Shown here one piece after another: positions 1 through 10,148 of a DNA stretch of 64,000 nt (positions are counted from its first letter, which is position 1; every line of letters begins with the position of its first letter). The position numbers and the translations under genes are program-made. The DNA comes from an uncultured Candidatus Saccharibacteria bacterium (GTDB taxonomy: Bacteria; Patescibacteriota; UBA1384; JAMDBS01; CAYSHH01), in assembly GCA_964430945.1 (NCBI GenBank), contig CAYSHH010000003.1, positions 4,183-68,182 on the forward strand, given 5' to 3'. The notes under the pieces are model-generated. The model was not told where the DNA came from. It was given only the letters and a program-made list of their open reading frames with translations, and ran no database searches.

Positions 1-1660
1 TAATATTATCTGCATACAAAATCACTCGGCCGTCAATATTTCGTGCTGCACGACCGATGGTTTGTACGAGAGATGTTTCTGATCGCAAAAATCCTTCTTT
101 GTCTGCGTCGAGAACTGCCACTAGAGTTACCTCCGGTAGATCAAGCCCTTCACGCAGAAGATTTACTCCCACGAGACAATCAAATTTACCGAGACGCAAA
201 TCTTTTAATATCCTTATGCGATCTAGTGTATCAACCTCGGAGTGTAAATATCTTGATTTAATTTTCTTTTCTTTAAGATATTCATCAAGTTTCTCAGCCA
301 TTTTTTTAGTAAGAGTTGTGATCAATACCTTGTTGCCAAGTTTAGCCTCTTTTTGAATTTCTGTGATTACATCATCTACTTGTCCCTCAATAGGCTTAAG
401 TTCAATCTTTGGATCGAGAAGCCCAGTTGGGCGAATAATTTGTTCTACTATTTGAGATGAATTCTCCTTTTCCAAAATAGCTGGTGTAGCAGAGGTGTAT
501 ATGGTTTGTTTGGTCTTTTTTCTAAATTCATTGTATCTGAGTGGCCTATTATCTTGAGCTGATGGAAGACGAAAACCATACTCAATAAGTGCTTTTTTAC
601 GAGCTTGATCTCCTTCAAACATGCCTTTTATTTGTGGTACTGTTACGTGCGATTCATCAATAATTGTCAAAAACTCTTTGTTAAAATAATCAATCAACGT
701 GTATGGTGCTTGTCCTGGTTTGCGTCCAGTAAGATGTCTCGAATAATTCTCGATTCCTTTGCAATATCCGATTTCCTGCATCATCTCCAAATCGTAGTTT
801 GTTTTTCTTTCAAGTCTTTCAGCTTCAACTATTTTTCCTCGATCTAAAAAATATTTGATTCTTTCGGATAGTTCATGGCGAATACTCTTTATCGCTTGTT
901 TAAGTTTATTATCTCCAACAACGAAATGTTTAGCAGGAAAAATCAATGCATCATGATTTTTTTCCAATATGTTTCTAGTAAGCCTATCAATTATCGTGAT
1001 ATGAGATATTTTATTGTTTTCGATTTCTACCCTTGTGATTATCTCTTTGTCTGGCGCACAAATATTTAGTACTGAGCCTTTGGCATCAAAACTGCCTCGT
1101 TCCAGAGTTTGATTACGTGAATAATAAAGATTTATAAGATTATCTATCATCGCACTACGTGATATTTTCTGCCCCAAGCTTATATGAATAACTCTCTTTT
1201 TGTAATCTTCTGGAGAACCAAGCCCATAGATGCATGATACAGAAGCAACAATGATAACATCTTTTCGCGACAAAAGCTGTGTTGTCGCCCAGTGACGAAG
1301 TCGGTCTATTTCTTCGTTCACATCTGCATCTTTTTCTATGTAGACATCTTGATTTGGTAGATAAGCCTCTGGTTGATAATAGTCATAATATGATACAAAA
1401 TATCCAACTGCATTTTCCGGAAAGAAATCACGAAATTCTTGGCAAAGTTGTGCTGCAAGCGTCTTGTTGTGTGCGATAACGAGTGTAGGTCTTTGTATTT
1501 TCTGAATAACATTCGCCATCGTAAAAGTCTTTCCCGACCCAGTTACACCCAAAAGAGTCTGGTCTCGATAACCTTTATTTAATCCTGAGATCAATTTATT
1601 TATTGCTTGTGGTTGGTCTCCAGATGGTTTAAATTTACTACTTAACTTAAAATTATTCAT
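1..1660 (-). CDS. uvrB: Excinuclease ABC subunit B (UvrB); C-terminal end runs off the left window edge
   Basis: Minus-strand translation from ATG (rc of 1658-1660) gives [53 protein letters not shown]..., with the Walker A motif and UvrB helicase motifs ([36 protein letters not shown]). There is no stop before position 1, so it is absent from the ORF track. Confidence 0.95.
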   Translation of the reverse strand, partial: MNNFKLSSKFKPSGDQPQAINKLISGLNKGYRDQTLLGVTGSGKTFTMANVIQKIQRPTLVIAHNKTLAAQLCQEFRDFFPENAVGYFVSYYDYYQPEAYLPNQDVYIEKDADVNEEIDRLRHWATTQLLSRKDVIIVASVSCIYGLGSPEDYKKRVIHISLGQKISRSAMIDNLINLYYSRNQTLERGSFDAKGSVLNICAPDKEIITRVEIENNKISHITIIDRLTRNILEKNHDALIFPAKHFVVGDNKLKQAIKSIRHELSERIKYFLDRGKIVEAERLERKTNYDLEMMQEIGYCKGIENYSRHLTGRKPGQAPYTLIDYFNKEFLTIIDESHVTVPQIKGMFEGDQARKKALIEYGFRLPSAQDNRPLRYNEFRKKTKQTIYTSATPAILEKENSSQIVEQIIRPTGLLDPKIELKPIEGQVDDVITEIQKEAKLGNKVLITTLTKKMAEKLDEYLKEKKIKSRYLHSEVDTLDRIRILKDLRLGKFDCLVGVNLLREGLDLPEVTLVAVLDADKEGFLRSETSLVQTIGRAARNIDGRVILYADNI

Positions 1661-1759
1661 AAAAAATTTATATTTTTAGTTTTCTACATTGATTTGTAAA
1701 ACCAATCAAATTATAAACTCAAAGCTAGGCAACACCGATAGTTTATATTATACCATATC

Positions 1760-2278
1760 TTGTTCGTAAAATGTACGGTATCATTTGATAATTATTTTAC
1801 AATCTGCAAAGATGTATATATATTACTAAATCAATTACTTATGAGAAATATTATGGAATTGCCAGACCCGATATTACAAGAAAATCTAGAGGGTGAAGAA
1901 AAAACAAATTCGATCATGCATTACTTGGGAAACGATCTTAATGTTATTATTACGTCATCAGGATTAATCGATACGTATCAACATAGATTAGATGATGGCT
2001 CATGTCCCAATTCCGATGTCTTACATGAGAAAATACTAAAGCATGAGAAAAGTGTTGAAAAACACAAGAAACAAGTTCTTGAGAAAATTGATAAATATTT
2101 GACTGAGGATTCTCAGGAGACCGATGTTATTGATAGAAACAAAGTAACTATAATAAGAAACATGTTAACTAAATCAGTTACATTCGAAGATTACCGGGAG
2201 TTAATAAAATATTACGAAGATAATATTGTCCAAAAGTATAAACAGCATGAACACCATAAAGACAATAAACAACAGTAG
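1760..2278 (+). CDS. Hypothetical protein (start uncertain; internal Met candidates)
   Basis: 172-aa ORF, divergent from uvrB, with no recognisable motifs. Confidence 0.4.
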   Translation: MFVKCTVSFDNYFTICKDVYILLNQLLMRNIMELPDPILQENLEGEEKTNSIMHYLGNDLNVIITSSGLIDTYQHRLDDGSCPNSDVLHEKILKHEKSVEKHKKQVLEKIDKYLTEDSQETDVIDRNKVTIIRNMLTKSVTFEDYRELIKYYEDNIVQKYKQHEHHKDNKQQ

Positions 2279-2517
2279 ACGCATCAAATCATAAGAGTAA
2301 AATATAATGTCTTAAAGATACTCGCGAAATACTTTTGACCACAATTCTATTATACTGTTTAAAAATTATTTTTTATAAAAAATAAAAAAATCATATGCCA
2401 ATGCTGATTACTATATTGGTGTGTTTTGATATAATATAAATAAATTTGTTCAATAGTTCACGTTTACACATTATTAACAAGTGCTTTTTATAAATAAAAA
2501 TAAAGAGAGGATCTAAA

Positions 2518-3423
2518 ATGGAAATAAATCAAAACCTTCGTGAGTCAAGGGAAAAAAATAATGCCATGGTTGTAATCATTGTTATATTAGTTGTTGTCAT
2601 ATGTATTGCAGGTTATTTTGCCTATAAATATTATACTCAGAGAAACAATGACCAGACCAGTTCATCTATTCCTACAAGCTTAGAGACGCCAACAAAATTA
2701 GATACCGGAAATGTTATTAATTTATTGAGATATCCTCAAGCCGAAACACTTACCAATGGTAAAAAAGTTTCAGATACTCAGGTCAATGATTTTACAATGC
2801 AAACCCATGATAGTGTTGCAGTGGTATACAATTACTATATGGGTCTGTTCGAGGAGAATCATTGGTCGCTAGGGTCCTACAATATTGGAGCTGATGAAAA
2901 AACAGCTTATGTTTCCATCAAAGAAGTCAATTTTCAAGCTGAAATTGCCATTGAGTCAATGTTACCAGAAAATATTACAAGTATAGTTATAGATATAAAA
3001 ACTGGCAATTTTACAGCTAGTGATAATTTCGATTACAAAACTGCTACGCCTACAGCTTCATCAACAGCTTTATTATCTAGCCCAGAAGCTAAAAAAAATG
3101 ATAATACTTCAGAAGAAAAAGTATCGATTACTAGTGATTATGTGATTTCTGATTCTAACACCCGAGTCATCGAGACAACAGAACTTGAATCATTATCGCC
3201 ATGGGAATTAAAAGTTGCCAGAAATGAAATATATGCCAGACATGGTCGTGAATTTGTTCACCAAGATTTACAATGTTATTTTGATAACAAGAGTTGGTAT
3301 TCAAAAAATAATAATTTCTCAGATGGCGATCTTACATCTACAGAAATAAAAAACATTTCAATTATCTTAGATTATGAAAAGAGTATTGATAGTCCTGTCA
3401 TGAATAAAGACTTGGGCTGTTAA
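2518..3423 (+). CDS. Membrane-anchored YARHG-domain protein
   Basis: N-terminal TM helix (MVVIIVILVVVICIAGYFAY). The C-terminus carries the YARHG signature (ARNEIYARHGREF). RBS aagagagga lies upstream. Confidence 0.7.
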   Translation: MEINQNLRESREKNNAMVVIIVILVVVICIAGYFAYKYYTQRNNDQTSSSIPTSLETPTKLDTGNVINLLRYPQAETLTNGKKVSDTQVNDFTMQTHDSVAVVYNYYMGLFEENHWSLGSYNIGADEKTAYVSIKEVNFQAEIAIESMLPENITSIVIDIKTGNFTASDNFDYKTATPTASSTALLSSPEAKKNDNTSEEKVSITSDYVISDSNTRVIETTELESLSPWELKVARNEIYARHGREFVHQDLQCYFDNKSWYSKNNNFSDGDLTSTEIKNISIILDYEKSIDSPVMNKDLGC

Positions 3424-3526
3424 ACTTTTATAATACAATAATTATCTAGATACGATATCTCAAGAACAATTTGAACCGAAGGTAGAATTATTATAAGCTT
3501 ATAGAATAAATAAGTATTTTAGACAT

Positions 3527-4480
3527 ATGCGAAAAATCACATATCCACTCATGGGCCCGTATACCGAAGTGTTTGAATACCTGGTTCGACAATTAGGGGC
3601 CAAATCAATAACTCCTCCCAAAATTACTCAAAAAACTATAAAACTTGGAGTAAGGCATAGTTCAGACATGGTGTGCTTCCCATTTAAAGTGACTTTGGGA
3701 AATATTATCCAAGGACTTGAGATGGGCGCTAATACTGTGCTCGCAGTAGGCACAACACCAGATCAGGAAGCAGCCAAATGCCGTTTTACATATTATTATC
3801 ATATTCAAGAACAAATATTAAAACGTATAGGTTATAAATTTGACATGCTCTACATAAGAGGTGGTCTAAAAGGTATAAATCAAACATTTCGAGATATCAA
3901 AAAAATAAACTCTACATTTGGATATTTGAAGACCCTGAGGCTTGTAAAAAACACTTACAGTAAAGTCAAACAGATAGAAGCACGCGAATATACATTCAAA
4001 CCAAAAAATATTAATATCGGGATCGTCGGCGAAGTCTACACTCTTTGGGAACCAAGTGTAAATTACAATATCATCAATAAACTCAGAAATTTAAATGTAG
4101 GAGTAGATCTGAGTTTTAAACTCACTGATTTTCTCGACGTTCAGCTTATGATGAATAAGGAAAATAAACAATATTACAATGAGGTAAAAAAATATTTTCC
4201 AAAGCGTATCGGTGGTCATGGATACGAATCGATGCAAAACACGATCCGATATGCGCATGAAGGGTTTGATGGAGTTATTCATCTAATGCCACTTAGCTGT
4301 ATGCCCGAAACCACCGTGGAAATGTCTATGAATATGATCAGTGAAGATTACAGAATACCAGTCTATCGTTTTCCGATAGATGAGAATTTTTTTGAGGCAG
4401 GTTTTGATACTCGGCTAGAAACATTTATCAAGCTTTTAAAAAGGAATAAGCAAAAAAAGACGGTATATGAAAAAAAATAA
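3527..4480 (+). CDS. Acyl-CoA dehydratase activase-associated protein (DUF2229-like)
   Basis: 317 aa, with an end that overlaps the HgdC-like ATPase gene start. The resemblance is to the uncharacterised domain fused to BadF/HgdC ATPases in 'CoA-substrate-specific enzyme activase' proteins. The domain call is from memory and is not certain. Confidence 0.45.
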   Translation: MRKITYPLMGPYTEVFEYLVRQLGAKSITPPKITQKTIKLGVRHSSDMVCFPFKVTLGNIIQGLEMGANTVLAVGTTPDQEAAKCRFTYYYHIQEQILKRIGYKFDMLYIRGGLKGINQTFRDIKKINSTFGYLKTLRLVKNTYSKVKQIEAREYTFKPKNINIGIVGEVYTLWEPSVNYNIINKLRNLNVGVDLSFKLTDFLDVQLMMNKENKQYYNEVKKYFPKRIGGHGYESMQNTIRYAHEGFDGVIHLMPLSCMPETTVEMSMNMISEDYRIPVYRFPIDENFFEAGFDTRLETFIKLLKRNKQKKTVYEKK

Positions 4481-5441
4481 TTCTAACAAAAGATATTATA
4501 TTGGTATCGACTGCGGGAGTGTATCGATGAAGGCAGTTGTCATTGATAACAAAAATACTATCGTAAAATCATATTACACAAAAAATAATGGGTTGACGGA
4601 AACGATAAAAAAGGTGATTTGCAATATTAAGGTTAATAAATATATTTCTGGTGTCGGAGTAACTGGAAGCGGTAGAGAATTTTTATCAATGCTTATCGGT
4701 GGTGATATTATAGAAAGTGAAATTATCGCTCATTATATTGCTACGACTACACTTTATCCGACCGTTAGTACAATATTTGATATTGGTGGGGAGGACAGTA
4801 AGCTCATGATGATCCGAGATGGTCAGTTGACGTCATTCGCGATGAACAGGGACTGTGGTGGTGGTACCGGGGCCATGATTGAGAGTATCGCCTACCGAAT
4901 GGGCATACCGCTAGAAAAAATTGGAGATACGGCCATGAAGAGTAAAACAGATGTCCAAATTCCGAGTAAATGCGGAATATTTGCTCAAAGTGCGGTCGTG
5001 AGTAAAATCAATAAAGGTGTTTCCAATGAAGACATACTCATGGGAGTTTGCCGTGGTTTAGTGGGAAATTTCTTTACAATGCTTGCAAAGGGTAAAAAAA
5101 TACAACCACCGTATGTTTTTCAAGGTGCAACAGCAAAAAATATCGCTTTGGTTAAATGTTTCGAAGATGAACTTGGCGAAAAAATTATTATTCCTACGAA
5201 CCCAGAACTTATGGGAGCTTTAGGAGTAGCAATGCTCACTAAGGAAGATTATTCTGGTGTTAGTAAATTCAAGGGATTTAATATTAAAAACAAACATTTT
5301 AAAACAGAAACCTATTATGGAGATAAATGTTCTAATTCTTGCGAAATCACAAAAATATTTGAGCACGAGAAGTTGATTGGTTATATTGGCAATAGATGTC
5401 GCCATTGTATAAAAAGGGGAGGCGATAATTTTGACAAATAA
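4467..5441 (+). CDS. HgdC/BcrAD-family ATPase ([4Fe-4S] 2-hydroxyacyl-CoA dehydratase / benzoyl-CoA reductase type activase)
   Basis: It aligns with A. fermentans HgdC in its Gly-rich ATP-binding loops. Both cluster-ligand cysteines are conserved in context: NRDCGGGTG matches NDKCAAGTG, and PSKCGIFAQS matches SSTCTVFAES. The extra C-terminal Cys-rich tail reads CSNSC...CRHC. Confidence 0.8.
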   Translation: MKKNNSNKRYYIGIDCGSVSMKAVVIDNKNTIVKSYYTKNNGLTETIKKVICNIKVNKYISGVGVTGSGREFLSMLIGGDIIESEIIAHYIATTTLYPTVSTIFDIGGEDSKLMMIRDGQLTSFAMNRDCGGGTGAMIESIAYRMGIPLEKIGDTAMKSKTDVQIPSKCGIFAQSAVVSKINKGVSNEDILMGVCRGLVGNFFTMLAKGKKIQPPYVFQGATAKNIALVKCFEDELGEKIIIPTNPELMGALGVAMLTKEDYSGVSKFKGFNIKNKHFKTETYYGDKCSNSCEITKIFEHEKLIGYIGNRCRHCIKRGGDNFDK

Positions 5442-6120
5442 AAGCTCAACAAAACTACACGATAGATATGAACTTTTCTGGTCAAGACTCATAAAAAAAG
5501 GTTTTTTATTTTCTAAAGATCCTTGGCATTATTCATCAAAAATCCCCTATCGATCAGTAGGGGATTTCTCAAAATATATAAGCAATAAAATAAGCGGTAA
5601 AAAACTTTTGGATGTTGGAGTTGGTAACGGTAAGCATGCAATTTATTTTACTAAAAAAAATTTTTCTGTATGGGGGATTGATATTTCCGAGTCTGCAATA
5701 AAATTTGCTAAAAATTATTGTGATATTATGCACGCTCAGGTTAATCTTAGGGTTGGAAATGTCATGAGACTTCCCTATCCACACGAATTTTTTGATGTAG
5801 TTCTAGATTCTGGTTGTTTACATCACTTAAAGGTTAGCGAATGGAAATGTTATATAAACAATATAAAAAAAGTACTCAAACGTGGTGGTTATTTATTCGT
5901 ACTAGCTTTTAGTGATAAAACAAAAATCGTTAGGAAGCTTGGCAAGCGTCAGGGTAAAAAAAGAAACTGGTCTATAAGAAATGAACATTATTACCATTAT
6001 TTCTCTAAAAAAGAAATTTTAAAAATGTTTGGCGATGATTTTCAGTTGGTAAAATGTTATGATATTAGAAGAAGCGACTCCCCTATACATTTTAGAATCT
6101 CATATCTATTGAAAAAATGA
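5431..6120 (+). CDS. Class I SAM-dependent methyltransferase
   Basis: Motif I reads LLDVGVGNGKHAIYF; VVLDSGCLHHL and RGGYLFVLAF are also present. The gene overlaps the activase gene by 11 nt. Confidence 0.7.
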   Translation: MTNKSSTKLHDRYELFWSRLIKKGFLFSKDPWHYSSKIPYRSVGDFSKYISNKISGKKLLDVGVGNGKHAIYFTKKNFSVWGIDISESAIKFAKNYCDIMHAQVNLRVGNVMRLPYPHEFFDVVLDSGCLHHLKVSEWKCYINNIKKVLKRGGYLFVLAFSDKTKIVRKLGKRQGKKRNWSIRNEHYYHYFSKKEILKMFGDDFQLVKCYDIRRSDSPIHFRISYLLKK

Positions 6121-6935
6121 ATCAAATCAGAATATATATAAATTCACATAGCAAATTATTTACGTTAATATCTTTAGGGATAATTTTTTGTGCCGTGTTC
6201 ATAGTATTTCTTTTCTATAATAATTATTTCAACAATAAGTCAGATAAATTTCTGGTAGATGCAGATACTCTTGAGAATAATACTGACTTTCCTACTCTAC
6301 CTACTCCAAAAGATACAGCAAATGACTCAGCGTCAAACGAGATTAAGAGCCAAGTAGCCATTAATGATCAGACTGATCAGTCAATCATTGCTCAAGAAAG
6401 CGATTCATCTAGCGATAATGATACTTCTGACAATGTTGATATTGACCAAGACAATAGTAGTAATAATAGTAATGATAATACAGATACTTTATCTGATAGC
6501 ACAAGTCAAAGTAGCGGAATTGAAATTAGAGGCAATGATACATGTAATACTGAAACTACAGCAGCATTGAATCTACTCTCGAGTAGTGCAGTAAGTTATT
6601 TTAGTAATGTTCAGGTCAATATTGGTGTAATAGAATGTGTTGATAGTGGATCGGGCATGTATGTTTGGGAAAATCCTCCTAGATTTGCTGCTGGTGCAGA
6701 TACCAGAAATGCCGGAACGATGTGGTATGCAGGTTCTATCGCGCATGATTCTTGCCATTCACGACAATATAAAGATGGTCGAGATTATTCTGGTCGTGAT
6801 GCCGAAGCCGAATGTCTCAATTTTCAGTATGGTACGCTTGAGGCGATGGGAGCCGATCAGTCAACACTTGACTATGTAAAAAACATTATCGATTCTGAAT
6901 ATTGGGAAATACCAGTCGATGAAAGATGGTGGTAA
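6117..6935 (+). CDS. Membrane-anchored secreted protein with a D/S/N-rich low-complexity linker and a Cys-containing C-terminal domain
   Basis: N-terminal TM (LFTLISLGIIFCAVFIVFLFY), a long acidic Ser/Asn/Asp-rich stretch and a C-terminal globular region with several Cys. Confidence 0.5.
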   Translation: MNQIRIYINSHSKLFTLISLGIIFCAVFIVFLFYNNYFNNKSDKFLVDADTLENNTDFPTLPTPKDTANDSASNEIKSQVAINDQTDQSIIAQESDSSSDNDTSDNVDIDQDNSSNNSNDNTDTLSDSTSQSSGIEIRGNDTCNTETTAALNLLSSSAVSYFSNVQVNIGVIECVDSGSGMYVWENPPRFAAGADTRNAGTMWYAGSIAHDSCHSRQYKDGRDYSGRDAEAECLNFQYGTLEAMGADQSTLDYVKNIIDSEYWEIPVDERWW

Positions 6936-6980
6936 TATATAAACAAAGAAATAATATAAATTAAATCCTTAGGAGGGATT

Positions 6981-7364
6981 ATGCAAATTTTAGGAATGAC
7001 CATGTGGGTATTTATCTTAATGGTGATTGTTTCTATCTTGGTTTCTGGTCTTACAATGTGGCTTGGCGCTGGATGGGCCGGTGTCAAAAAAGTTACTTAT
7101 GGTAAGGGTTTGTGGGTAGCAATTGTTGTAGGTATTTTTACTTGGTTGGTGTCAGCAGTTTTTGCTGGTGCAACTGGCGGATGGATGGCAATAATCGGAT
7201 TTATTGTCGGAGTTTTGATCTCACTTTGGATCATAAAAGCTATGTTCAAAATTGAATTTGGTCAAGCGTTCTTGGTCTGGATTATGAATATAGTTGCACA
7301 GGTCTTCGTATACTTTATCATTTCGATTATTCTAGTCGGAACAACGTTTGCTTTTTGGGTATAA
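6981..7364 (+). CDS. Small polytopic membrane protein (about 4 TM)
   Basis: Hydrophobic throughout; strong RBS aggaggg upstream. Confidence 0.55.
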   Translation: MQILGMTMWVFILMVIVSILVSGLTMWLGAGWAGVKKVTYGKGLWVAIVVGIFTWLVSAVFAGATGGWMAIIGFIVGVLISLWIIKAMFKIEFGQAFLVWIMNIVAQVFVYFIISIILVGTTFAFWV

Positions 7365-7495
7365 ACTATTTATTAAAACCAGTATAAGCAATAATTCTAA
7401 TGGTTTATTATCTACCACAAGTCGTGGTAGATATTTTTTGACTATTTATCGAATATTTAAGATAATAAATACAATATCATATAATTAAACTTACT

Positions 7496-8734
7496 ATGAT
7501 CTATAAATTTTCAAATTATGAAAAAGTATTTATAAATATGACTAAAAACTATGTGTCAGTTTACCCTGAGTATAGTTTTCAGTATTATTTTGATGATCAT
7601 AAGGAAAAACTAATCGGTAGCGGAAAAAAGATAATCATTGTGAAAATTAAAAATGCTAAAAAAGTATTTAAGAGAATATTTGAAGAGGGTTCCATTGGAT
7701 TGGGTGAGGTGTATTGTGACGGTCTAGTAAGGATCGCTGACAAAGATTATCGATACTTTCTTCTTATGATTGTTCGCACAGTATACGACAAAAGCCTTCA
7801 ATCAAAACTTTCTTTAAAAGATAAACTTCAGGTAATAAAAGCAAAAGCTGTCAGTAAATTTTTTACTAACAAAGATCAATATAAAGATATAAATAGTCAT
7901 TATAGTTTAAATGACTGGTTTTCTTCGGATGAAGATTCAAATCAATTTTATTTTTATTGGCTAGCATCTCCTTATATTCAATACACTTGCGCAAAATGGG
8001 ATCATGATACGAAAGAGCTGGAGGAGGCACAGATTAACAAATTTAATTTCTATGCCAAGCGTTTAGGTATTTCTAAAAAATCAAAAGGTAAAACTGTGCT
8101 TGATCTCGGATGTGGTTGGGGTGGACTAATGTTTTATCTGGCTGAGAATTTTCAGGTAAATTGCACTGGCATTACACTTTCTACGGCTCAGGCTTCATAC
8201 ATTAAAAAAGAAGCAAAAAAAAGAAAACTTGAACATCTAGTTAGAGTAAGAAATATCAACGTTCACAATATGGACGGTATTTATGATTACATCGTCTCGG
8301 TAGGGCTTTTGGAGCATATCGATGATTATGATGATTTATATAAAAAAACTTCTCTGCATCTCAAGCCAGGTGGACGAGCACTTTTTCACGCAATGTTTCA
8401 CGAAGACGCACACGATGATCCAGATCCATTTTTGTCAAAATATATTTTTCCAGGAGGATGTGTAACAAATATTAATAAAAGTATTAAAATTTTTAAAAAA
8501 TACTTTAAAAAAGTTGATAGGAATGATTTACCGGATTTGTCTTATCCCAAAACTCTTGTTTGTTGGTTCGATAAATTTTGCAAAAATGAGCCAAAGATCA
8601 GGAAACTTTTACGTGACAAAGGAAAATGCAAGGATATCGACTTTGCTATCCGCATGTTCAAACACTACCTAATGTTATCTTATTGTGGACTAACAGTTAA
8701 CGGACACGTATGCAACATACTGGCCGAAAAATAA
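7496..8734 (+). CDS. Cyclopropane-fatty-acyl-phospholipid synthase family methyltransferase (CMAS/CFA-synthase-like)
   Basis: VLDLGCGWGGLMFYLAENF (the DxGCGWG motif of CFA synthases), GITLSTAQASY, a conserved acidic region and the N-terminal CFA-synthase-type region IFEEGSIGLGEVYCDG. Confidence 0.8.
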   Translation: MIYKFSNYEKVFINMTKNYVSVYPEYSFQYYFDDHKEKLIGSGKKIIIVKIKNAKKVFKRIFEEGSIGLGEVYCDGLVRIADKDYRYFLLMIVRTVYDKSLQSKLSLKDKLQVIKAKAVSKFFTNKDQYKDINSHYSLNDWFSSDEDSNQFYFYWLASPYIQYTCAKWDHDTKELEEAQINKFNFYAKRLGISKKSKGKTVLDLGCGWGGLMFYLAENFQVNCTGITLSTAQASYIKKEAKKRKLEHLVRVRNINVHNMDGIYDYIVSVGLLEHIDDYDDLYKKTSLHLKPGGRALFHAMFHEDAHDDPDPFLSKYIFPGGCVTNINKSIKIFKKYFKKVDRNDLPDLSYPKTLVCWFDKFCKNEPKIRKLLRDKGKCKDIDFAIRMFKHYLMLSYCGLTVNGHVCNILAEK

Positions 8735-10095
8735 TTGAAGTTAACTCGGAAGATATTTATAAACAAAAAAGAAATTCTCTTCGTGATGCTTTTTTATTTA
8801 ACATAAAACACAAAACTAAAGTTCGTTTTAGCAAAAAAACCTCCAATTTATTTCGTGATCAGACTGGCATAAAAGCAAAAAAGATTGACGTTCATAATTT
8901 CAATCAAGTCTTATTGATTAATATGCAGAATAAAACTGCAACAGTGGAGGCAATGATAAGATTCGAAGATCTTGTAAAAGTAACTTTGAAATATAATTTG
9001 TTGCCTCCAGTTGCTCCCCAGCTAAAAACTATAACACTTGGTGGTGCAGTATCTGGAGTTGGTATAGAAGCAAGTTCGTTTCAATACGGTCTTGTACATG
9101 AAACAGTTCTGGAGATGGAAGTTATGCTCACTAACGGAAAAATTATCACTTGTACTTCAACGAATCAATATAAAGATCTATTTTTTTCTCTTCCAAATTC
9201 ATATGGGACACTTGGATATATTTTAAAAATTAAAATAGCGCTTGTTGATGCTAAAAAATACGTTAAAATCTCTCATCATAAGTATGCTGACGCAAATCAT
9301 TATTTTGCAGAGCTTGATAAAATCTGCATTGATAAAAAATTTGACTTTGTGGATGGGGTTGTATTTGACGAACGCAATATGTATATTTCAACTGCTCAAT
9401 TTGTTGACAGTGTGCCAAGAGTGAGTGATTACAAATATATGCAGATTTACTACAAATCAATTCTTAAAAAGAAAGAAGATTATCTTACGACGAGCGATTA
9501 TATTTGGCGCTGGGATACTGATTGGTTTTGGTGCTCCAAAATATTTGGTATGCAAAATACATTCTTGCGACTAGTACTTGGTAAATTTATGTTGGGCTCT
9601 AAGTCGTATTGGTCAATCGCACGATTTGAAGAAAAACATAAGATTAGGTCTAGAACGGAAAAAATTATTACTGGAAAAGTTAAACCTACCGAATCAGTTG
9701 TTCAGGACGTGTGTATCCCGATTGAAAATTGCGAGAAATTTTTAGAATTTTTTAATAAACAAATTGACATCAAGCCAATTTGGATTTGCCCTTTTCGAGC
9801 GTATGATAAAAATGAAACTTTTCCATTATTCAAATTAGATACTAAAAAATTGTATGTTGACTTTGGGTTTTGGGATGTAGTACCAACCGATAAATCAAAG
9901 GGATATTATAATAAACTAATAGAAAAAAAAGTTGAGGAATTAGGTGGCAAGAAATCACTTTACTCTGAATCATATTACGAACGTGATGAATTCTGGAAAA
10001 TATTTAATGGTAAAAATTATTTCAAACTAAAACACAAGTACGATCCAGAAAATTATTTTCCAGACCTATATACTCGTTGTGTTAAAAATAAATAA
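8710..10095 (+). CDS. FAD-binding PCMH-type (FAD_binding_4) oxidoreductase, DHCR24/BfaA(TmsA)-like
   Basis: ITLGGAVSGVGIEASSFQYGLVHETVLEMEVMLTNGKIITCT matches the FAD-binding-domain-4 core (GG..G.......G...d.v..levVl.dG.iv). It overlaps the upstream methyltransferase gene by 25 nt. Confidence 0.7.
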   Translation: MQHTGRKIIEVNSEDIYKQKRNSLRDAFLFNIKHKTKVRFSKKTSNLFRDQTGIKAKKIDVHNFNQVLLINMQNKTATVEAMIRFEDLVKVTLKYNLLPPVAPQLKTITLGGAVSGVGIEASSFQYGLVHETVLEMEVMLTNGKIITCTSTNQYKDLFFSLPNSYGTLGYILKIKIALVDAKKYVKISHHKYADANHYFAELDKICIDKKFDFVDGVVFDERNMYISTAQFVDSVPRVSDYKYMQIYYKSILKKKEDYLTTSDYIWRWDTDWFWCSKIFGMQNTFLRLVLGKFMLGSKSYWSIARFEEKHKIRSRTEKIITGKVKPTESVVQDVCIPIENCEKFLEFFNKQIDIKPIWICPFRAYDKNETFPLFKLDTKKLYVDFGFWDVVPTDKSKGYYNKLIEKKVEELGGKKSLYSESYYERDEFWKIFNGKNYFKLKHKYDPENYFPDLYTRCVKNK

Positions 10096-10148
10096 CAAAG
10101 TATAACTATAAATCAAAGCATTATTAAATAAAATTTTAAAGTTACATT

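Noticed and set aside
43-356. Plus-strand ORFs 43..261 and 57..356
   Set aside because: They are antisense to uvrB, whose minus-strand frame is continuous and strongly conserved.
6364-6879. ORFs 6364..6570 (+), 6573..6758 (-) and 6637..6879 (+)
   Set aside because: They are alternative frames within 6117..6935, generated by its low-complexity D/S/N-rich coding sequence.
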